From NCBI GenBank assembly GCA_003344405.1, contig NOWV01000017.1:124001-188000 (forward strand): a DNA stretch of 64,000 bases. Direction: 5' to 3'. A model generated the notes under the pieces. That model made no database searches. It saw only the letters and a list, made by a program, of their open reading frames with translations, and was not told the origin of the DNA. The DNA is from Trichoplax sp. H2 (taxonomy: Eukaryota). This document shows, one piece after another, positions 63,401 through 64,000 of this stretch (positions within the stretch are counted from its first letter, which is position 1; each line of letters starts with the position of its first letter). A program made the translations under genes and the position numbers.

Positions 63401-63463
63401 TTGATAGATTATATTCCTCAGAACTGTGATGAACTTGATGAGCAGCCCAAAATAAGTTGACCT
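60428..63463 (-). CDS. AGMO: Alkylglycerol monooxygenase paralogue B (5' exons lie beyond the right window edge)
   Basis: Exons encode [26 protein letters not shown] (about 63360-63463), [64 protein letters not shown] and [13 protein letters not shown]. The protein ends ...ISVKTKVA with the stop at 60428-60430. Intron positions match paralogue A. Confidence 0.93.
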
Positions 63464-64000
63464 CTGTAGTTTAATTAGAATAATACGTCAAGAAAAGATC
63501 GATTTTGGCAGAGAATACATCTTTTTCTAGATTTGCCTAGTATTTAGTAAAAGTATGTGATGTACAGAGTAAATTTTAATGACGAGAAATTTTTCTTGCC
63601 TTATCAGAGTTTGCAAACTGTGTAATCAATAAGCTTATAACGACGAATATACTCCTACATAAAAATAGTACGTTGATTGGCACCTTATTTTAGAATACAG
63701 GGCATCCTATCACTATTCTGCTGTAAGTATGGTCAATTTATTATTTATAAATTAACTAAAGGCAACCGTATATCACCCTATTCTATATATCATACGTTAA
63801 GAATAGCATTTGTGATCTTTTGTGCTAGAGTAATTAACGCATTCTTACACAAGCTTTCTTGATATGATCACTTTATCATCAGTTGATATTTCTATGATTG
63901 ATTGGGAAGTAGTGTGCTAATTTACTTCTATCCAGCTACATCTATGCATGTGCACCCTAATTCAATCTCACTTATGCTAGTTATCCACATTTTTAAAGTG

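Overview
AT-rich, intron-dense eukaryotic DNA with typical GT-AG introns of about 60-300 nt and metazoan-type genes. The style fits a compact non-bilaterian animal genome such as a placozoan; this is an inference and not proven by the sequence. By-eye splicing gives seven recognisable genes. (1) A cubilin orthologue on the minus strand: signal peptide, amnionless-binding N-terminal region, 8 EGF and 8 CUB domains, running off the left edge. (2) Cytoplasmic dynein-1 intermediate chain (+). (3) Mitochondrial beta-ketoacyl-ACP synthase OXSM (-). (4) An NPR-type receptor guanylyl cyclase (-). (5) Intronless MRPL36 (-). (6, 7) Two tandem, diverged alkylglycerol monooxygenase (AGMO) paralogues (-), the second running off the right edge. 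I recognised no tRNA, rRNA, CRISPR array or transposase. The most interesting unexplained signals cluster at 50.2-51.3 kb, divergent from MRPL36: two paralogous hairpins whose non-Watson-Crick pairs are all G-U on the + strand, followed by a spliced candidate ORF for a 61-aa secreted micro-peptide that the ORF track misses. Two window-wide patterns also stand out: (CAGTA/TACTG)n clusters just upstream of five gene starts, and about ten unrelated local tandem duplications. All exon coordinates were derived by hand and may be off by a few bases.
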